Source: Nostoc punctiforme PCC 73102
Lineage (GTDB): Bacteria; Cyanobacteriota; Cyanobacteriia; Cyanobacteriales; Nostocaceae
Assembly: GCF_000020025.1 (NCBI RefSeq)
Contig: NC_010628.1
Coordinates: forward strand, 3,000,001-3,032,000
Direction of reading: 5' to 3'
DNA length: 32,000 bases
Part shown: piece after piece, positions 27,701 to 32,000 of the stretch
Position numbering within the stretch: the first letter of the stretch is position 1
Layout of the letters: every line of letters begins with the position of its first letter
Made by a program: the position numbers and the translations under genes
Notes under the pieces: generated by a model
Told to the model about the DNA's origin: nothing
Seen by the model: only the letters and a program-made list of their open reading frames with translations
Database searches by the model: none

Positions 27701-27723
27701 GGCTATTGTTTGCGTAAGTCCTG
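27701..27723. repeat. Dispersed repeat copy B: GGCTATTGTTTGCGTAAGTCCTG (preceded by TGAAAATC at 27684-27691)
   Basis: 22 of 23 nt identical to 17997-18019. Its first 13 nt are identical to 11743-11755. Confidence 0.85.
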
Positions 27724-27959
27724 TAGCAGATAAACCAGACTAATTTTACCCGTCAATAATCGGATAAAAACAAGCTATACCTACAGAGGTTACACCTACA
27801 CTAAAAACTATTTAAAGTAAATTTTATAGGTATTCCTTACAGTCAACACTGTATTATCACATATTTACTGGGCAGGCCAACCGCATTATCACTTAGGGCA
27901 ACAAATTGTTTAATGCATAACAGCAGTCTGTATTGTTTAACATCACTTCAGAGATGTTC

Positions 27960-28341
27960 TTAAGCATTTATACCCCTATTTTGGGGAGCATCCCACTTTG
28001 GCAGAAAGTGGCTAAGGTTTAGTGGGATAGGTTCATAGGAGTTTGCTAAATCCGATGTGATAGTTTCGCCAAAGTTGAACGGAGTTGTCGTGCCTGATCT
28101 AAAAGTATACTCATTTCCCAGCAGCGTATCCCGTATGGCTTCAATTTTAAATTCTGCTTTCCCAATCTGTTCATAATGCTTTAATCACATGAAAATAGTT
28201 TTATATTGATTTTCCAGACTCAGAATGCTCTAATGTGTCCAATTTTTGTTTTGATGCTCCTGGGCAATCTCACAATATTCACTAGCTAACTGCTCTAATG
28301 TAATTGCTATGTGGATGTCTAAGTCAGGAGGGTAAATTCCT
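27960..28341 (-). pseudogene. Decayed gene fragment; its best-preserved part resembles the core of an FGE-sulfatase (SUMF1/EgtB-type) domain
   Basis: One minus-strand frame reads PPDLDIHIAITLEQLASEYCEIAQEHQNKNWTH*SILSLENQYKTIFM*LKHYEQIGKAEFKIEAIRDTLLGNEYTFRSGTTTPFNFGETITSDLANSYEP...*. It has two in-frame stops and no start. YTFRSGTTTPFNFGETITSDLAN (28038-28109) closely resembles the YACRAGTTTPF(H/Y)FGETIT(T)DLANY block of cyanobacterial FGE-domain proteins as I remember it. Confidence 0.35.
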
Positions 28342-29357
28342 TTTTAGAAATCACTTTATATACGTTCGCTCTCGCCTAAACCCCCAGTTACAAAAAAACT
28401 TGTGCCAAATTGGCGTGACACATACAACTAAAATTTGGTATAGATTTTAGTAGTTCAATCTAGTAATAGCAATAGTTACATTTCGTTAGGTACAACGTAA
28501 TTGTTACTAACTTTAAGTATTAGGTTACACAAATTCTAATACCGCTCAATTACCAATGTGATGTTATTATGGGTAAATTTTAGATATGATATTCACTCTT
28601 TGTATAAAGATAGCAACAGATAGCAACGCCACTAATTTACAAAACAATCAATCACAAGTAAGCTGTAGTCTTATATACAATAAGATGTTAGTTTATATAT
28701 CCGGTTTTTCAGGACATAACTTGTCTAAATTTATCAAGGCAAATTATAACAATTAAACAATTGCTGAAGATAACTCAAGCATAAATACAAACTAGTGCAA
28801 AGATAGTAGTTGCACCATCCAACCAAATTCTGTAGTTAAAGGATGTTTGAAAAGTTTGCGGTTGAGTAAAAAAAGCTCTCAGGGCATAAGCTGTAAATAA
28901 GTAGATACGGCACTATTGAGAGCTATGAGTAAAGCATATTCCAGTAACCTGAGCAAAGGTCAGTAAGAATGTGTATGAGCATTTTTTTGATTATTAGCTA
29001 TGTCCATTTCTAGATAAGGCAACTCTAATATGGATGTAAAAATCACAAATTAGGAAATTAGGAATTGATTTAAAAATTAAATTTTTGTTCATTTATAAGT
29101 TATCAAATGGACAAAACACTTACCTATGTCAATTCTGTAGAAATGATTATTTAACAAGACGTTACAGGCATACAAACATGTTTTCCAAGTTAGTTGACGA
29201 TATTAAATATTCTCTGAAAAAATAGTATTTATGTACAAAACGGATGATTCTGTAGCTTGCTTAGGAGGTCTTTTGAAGTATGAAACTCTAACTTAGAATC
29301 TTTCAAAAATTTAGTGCCAATTTATTAACAAAGCTGCTAGAGCTAAAAAATACGCAC

Positions 29358-31316
29358 TTGTTAATTTTTGATATCATTATTTTTTCAATCACTCCTTTAT
29401 TAGCGCTGCTTATCCGTTTAGATGGCTATCTCGAGGTTCAAGCAGACATATCACAACTAGGAATCGCAACTCTATTATTTTTATTAGTAAAACTAATTGT
29501 ATTTTGGAGTTTCGGTTTTTATAGGCGCTACTGGCGCTATGCCAGTGTTGAGGAACTGACATATATAGCCATGTTGATGGTAGGTGCAATAGTCATCCAA
29601 AGCATGACATTTAATCTTCTTAATCACATATTGCCTTTTGTAACAGATAACCTGCCGCGATCGCTGCCATTTATTGATGGATTATTGTCGTGTATTTTCA
29701 TAGGAATGCTACGTTTCAGTTTTCGAGTTGTAGAAAGGTTTATCCAACGTCAAGGAGTATTTAATCCACGAGAGCGGGTGCTGATTATTGGTGCTGGTAG
29801 TGCCGGAGTTTCCCTTGTGCAAGATATGCAAAGCAAACCTAAACTAGGCTTTCATGCTGTTGCCTTCATTGACGACGATCCACGGAAATTAAATGTCCAA
29901 ATTCGTGGTATTCCAGTCGTAGGCGATCGCCACCAAATTCCTGATACTTTGAAATCTCTCCAAATCCACAAAGTTATCATCGCTATGCCTACGGTTGCTG
30001 GCCATGTTATTCGAGAAATCGTAGATATTTGCAAAGCAACTGGAATACAAACTAGTACTTTACCTGGAATATATGAAATCCTCAACGATCGTGTGCGGGT
30101 AGATAGCATTCGAGATGTCAGGATTGAGGATTTGCTCAGGCGAGAACCCATACAGACTGATGTTGAGCAAGTGCATAAATTTATTAAAGGTAAGACAGTA
30201 CTGATTACAGGTGCAGGAGGATCAATTGGTAGTGAACTTTGCCGTCAAATTTTCAAATGTCATCCTGCGGAAATGATACTTATGGGACACGGAGAGAATT
30301 CTATATTTAATATCCAACAAGAGTTAGAAAAACTGATCCAAATACTCAAAAATGATGGGAAAGTACAGCGATACACCCCTCGTATTTATACTTTCATTGG
30401 CGATATTCGTTATAGCGTTCGCCTAAAACAAGCTTTTGAACAATTTCAACCTAACGTGATTTTTCATGCGGCTGCTCATAAGCACGTTCCTCTGATGGAA
30501 TTAAATTCATCAGAAGCAATCACTAACAATGTGCTTGGAACAAAAAACTTATTGGATATGGCGCTGCAATACAATGTTCAAAACTTCGTGATGATTTCCA
30601 CAGATAAAGCTGTTAATCCCACTAGTGTCATGGGTGCTAGTAAAAGAGTTGCCGAAATGCTAGTGCTGCAAGCTGCAAAAGAAAGCGGTAAACCTTATGT
30701 TGTTGTGCGCTTTGGCAATGTTTTGGGTAGTCGTGGTAGTGTAGTTCCCACTTTTAAAAAACAAATTGCTTCAGGTGGACCAGTCACCGTTACCCATCCC
30801 GATATCTGTCGTTATTTCATGACCATCCCGGAAGCAGTGCAACTTGTTTTACAGGCTGCGGTATTGAGTCGTGGTGGTGAAGTATTAATGCTGAATATGG
30901 GCGAACCTGTAAAAATTGTTGACTTGGCGAAGGAATTAATTCGCCTTTCGGGATACGAGGTAAATAAAGATATTGACATCTTATTTACAGGCTTAAGACC
31001 TGGGGAAAAGTTATTTGAAGAACTGTTTATTGAGGGAGAAGAGTACGAACCAACTCAACATGAGAAATTGATAGTAGTGAAAAATGGCAGTCGGATTGTT
31101 TCAGAAAATCTCACCGTGACTGTAGAAGAATTGTGTACCGCAGCAAGCAAAAGTGATCTTAAATACATCATGTTATTACTGGAACAACTGGTGTCAGGAT
31201 ACAAACCTAATTACTTAGAAGATAATAAACGAATAAATAGTTTAAAGAATAGTGCTGTAATCACATATTCAAATAAAAACAAACTCGCGAAAATGGAATC
31301 GGGAGGGGCTAAATAA
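29358..31316 (+). CDS. CapD/PglF/WbpM-like membrane-anchored nucleotide-sugar 4,6-dehydratase (polysaccharide biosynthesis protein)
   Basis: 652 aa from TTG 29358. It has N-terminal TM helices, a first Rossmann region (VLIIGAGSAGVS) and a second SDR domain (VLITGAGGSIGSEL ... MGASKRVAE, YxxxK-type), which is typical of the family. The frame is open from 29292 and is in phase with an SD+ATG at 29264/29280, interrupted by TAA at 29289 (see findings). Confidence 0.85.
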   Translation: MLIFDIIIFSITPLLALLIRLDGYLEVQADISQLGIATLLFLLVKLIVFWSFGFYRRYWRYASVEELTYIAMLMVGAIVIQSMTFNLLNHILPFVTDNLPRSLPFIDGLLSCIFIGMLRFSFRVVERFIQRQGVFNPRERVLIIGAGSAGVSLVQDMQSKPKLGFHAVAFIDDDPRKLNVQIRGIPVVGDRHQIPDTLKSLQIHKVIIAMPTVAGHVIREIVDICKATGIQTSTLPGIYEILNDRVRVDSIRDVRIEDLLRREPIQTDVEQVHKFIKGKTVLITGAGGSIGSELCRQIFKCHPAEMILMGHGENSIFNIQQELEKLIQILKNDGKVQRYTPRIYTFIGDIRYSVRLKQAFEQFQPNVIFHAAAHKHVPLMELNSSEAITNNVLGTKNLLDMALQYNVQNFVMISTDKAVNPTSVMGASKRVAEMLVLQAAKESGKPYVVVRFGNVLGSRGSVVPTFKKQIASGGPVTVTHPDICRYFMTIPEAVQLVLQAAVLSRGGEVLMLNMGEPVKIVDLAKELIRLSGYEVNKDIDILFTGLRPGEKLFEELFIEGEEYEPTQHEKLIVVKNGSRIVSENLTVTVEELCTAASKSDLKYIMLLLEQLVSGYKPNYLEDNKRINSLKNSAVITYSNKNKLAKMESGGAK

Positions 31317-31387
31317 AATAGAGTGTTTGGACTCTAAGTCGATGGTTAATTCATCAAATAACTCTACATTTAATTTAGGTAATCAAC

Positions 31388-31717
31388 ATGAAAACGATCT
31401 ATGGCTCTCACGGCTTATTACAAAAAATAATCCGATATACCCAGGATGATGAGTATTTGTATGGCAAGCAAGTGCGAGCATTTGAAATCACCGATTTGAC
31501 AACAACGACTTATGAAGAAAAAGCGGTTAAACATAATCCAATTATCAACGCAAATGGTTATGAATGGAATAAAAACGGAATGTATAATATCGCTCCTCAC
31601 AAGCTTGATAGCGGCAAATGGATAGCTTGTGTAGGTGGTTATCAAATCATTGTTGTGTTTGGTATAAAACTGCAAAATTGGATGAGGTTAATGACTAAAG
31701 CAGATGCAACAACATAA
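31388..31717 (+). CDS. Hypothetical 109-aa protein, possibly the C-terminal remnant of a larger polysaccharide-cluster protein
   Basis: An ORF with a weak SD (AGGT) about 7 nt upstream. It sits 71 nt after the capD-like stop, and its last 14 nt overlap the Wzx start. The central stretch IIRYTQDDEYLYGKQVRAFEITDLTTTTYEE...WNKNGMYNIAPHKLDSGKWIACVGGY looks like conserved protein sequence, but I cannot name the family with confidence. Confidence 0.4.
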   Translation: MKTIYGSHGLLQKIIRYTQDDEYLYGKQVRAFEITDLTTTTYEEKAVKHNPIINANGYEWNKNGMYNIAPHKLDSGKWIACVGGYQIIVVFGIKLQNWMRLMTKADATT

Positions 31718-32000
31718 GCCTCTAACACTGCGCGGCAACTTTTCTTGGACTTTCGCCGGTAATTTAGTTTATGCAGCTTGCCAGTGGGGAATGTTGGTGA
31801 TACTGGCTAAACTTGGCAGTCCAGAGATGGTAGGACAGTTTACCTTGGGGCTGGCGATCACAGCACCTATAATCATGTTTACAAATCTTCAGTTGCGAAT
31901 TGTCCAAGCAACAGATGCCAGAAAACAGTATTCTTTTAGCGATTACCTGGGGCTGAGACTAATCTCGACAGCTTTAGCACTTGCGATCGTTACGGTTATT
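31704..32000 (+). CDS. Wzx/RfbX-type polysaccharide (O-unit) flippase, 5' part only (99 codons; continues beyond the window)
   Basis: My hand translation from ATG 31704 is MQQHKPLTLRGNFSWTFAGNLVYAACQWGMLVILAKLGSPEMVGQFTLGLAITAPIIMFTNLQLRIVQATDARKQYSFSDYLGLRLISTALALAIVTVI. This is a typical N-terminus for PF01943-type transporters. It is not in the ORF track because no stop lies in the window. Confidence 0.7.
   Translation, partial: MQQHKPLTLRGNFSWTFAGNLVYAACQWGMLVILAKLGSPEMVGQFTLGLAITAPIIMFTNLQLRIVQATDARKQYSFSDYLGLRLISTALALAIVTVI

Noticed and set aside
27960-28341. The FGE-domain relic as the template or variable repeat of a diversity-generating retroelement
   Set aside because: FGE/CLec folds are DGR targets in cyanobacteria. 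However, the conserved piece is the central block rather than the C-terminal VR, there is no second near-identical copy, and there is no reverse transcriptase in the window.
1-32000. CRISPR arrays, tRNA/rRNA genes, intact IS elements, integrases, toxin-antitoxin or known defence-system genes
   Set aside because: None was recognisable by eye. There are no regularly spaced direct repeats of 25-40 nt, no tRNA T-arm or acceptor signatures, and no transposase-sized ORF. I therefore cannot claim a defined novel multi-gene system in this window.

Overview
This window looks like chromosome from a filamentous Nostoc/Anabaena-type cyanobacterium. The HIP1 octamer GCGATCGC is frequent in the core genes, STRR-type heptamer arrays are present, and the bifunctional arginine dihydrolase ArgZ/AgrE is encoded. 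That taxonomic call is inference from these marks only. I support 16 protein genes. Two of them are missing from the ORF track because they run off the window edges: a >=786-codon polytopic membrane protein (1..2360, minus) and a Wzx-like flippase (31704..32000, plus). The core content is argZ, a DUF2085 gene, a nucleoside-utilisation-like trio (NupC transporter, COG0402 amidohydrolase, RutB-like cysteine hydrolase), a cupin, an orphan B12-radical-SAM enzyme, an orphan modA, a nucleotide-sugar epimerase and purD. The accessory content is an AT-rich GT39/ArnT-like glycosyltransferase island, a 2,999-aa mosaic RTX / choice-of-anchor-L / Calx-beta / DUF4114 surface protein, and the start of a polysaccharide cluster (CapD/PglF-like dehydratase, small ORF, Wzx). 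I saw no rRNA, tRNA or CRISPR array, and no complete mobile element or recognisable defence system. The points most worth a second look: (1) about 800 residues of the giant protein match no family I can name, and no secretion genes are nearby; (2) a modular dispersed intergenic repeat has two near-identical 23-nt copies bracketing the giant gene; (3) a 2.2-kb ORF-free AT-rich tract upstream of the polysaccharide genes carries gene relics; (4) an in-frame TAA sits at codon 4 of the CapD-like gene, behind a strong SD+ATG; (5) a 7/8-nt C-rich microsatellite lies inside the large membrane-protein gene; (6) the transporter/deaminase/RutB-like arrangement is divergently organised. All functional calls rest on motif recognition by eye and memory. 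No database search was run.
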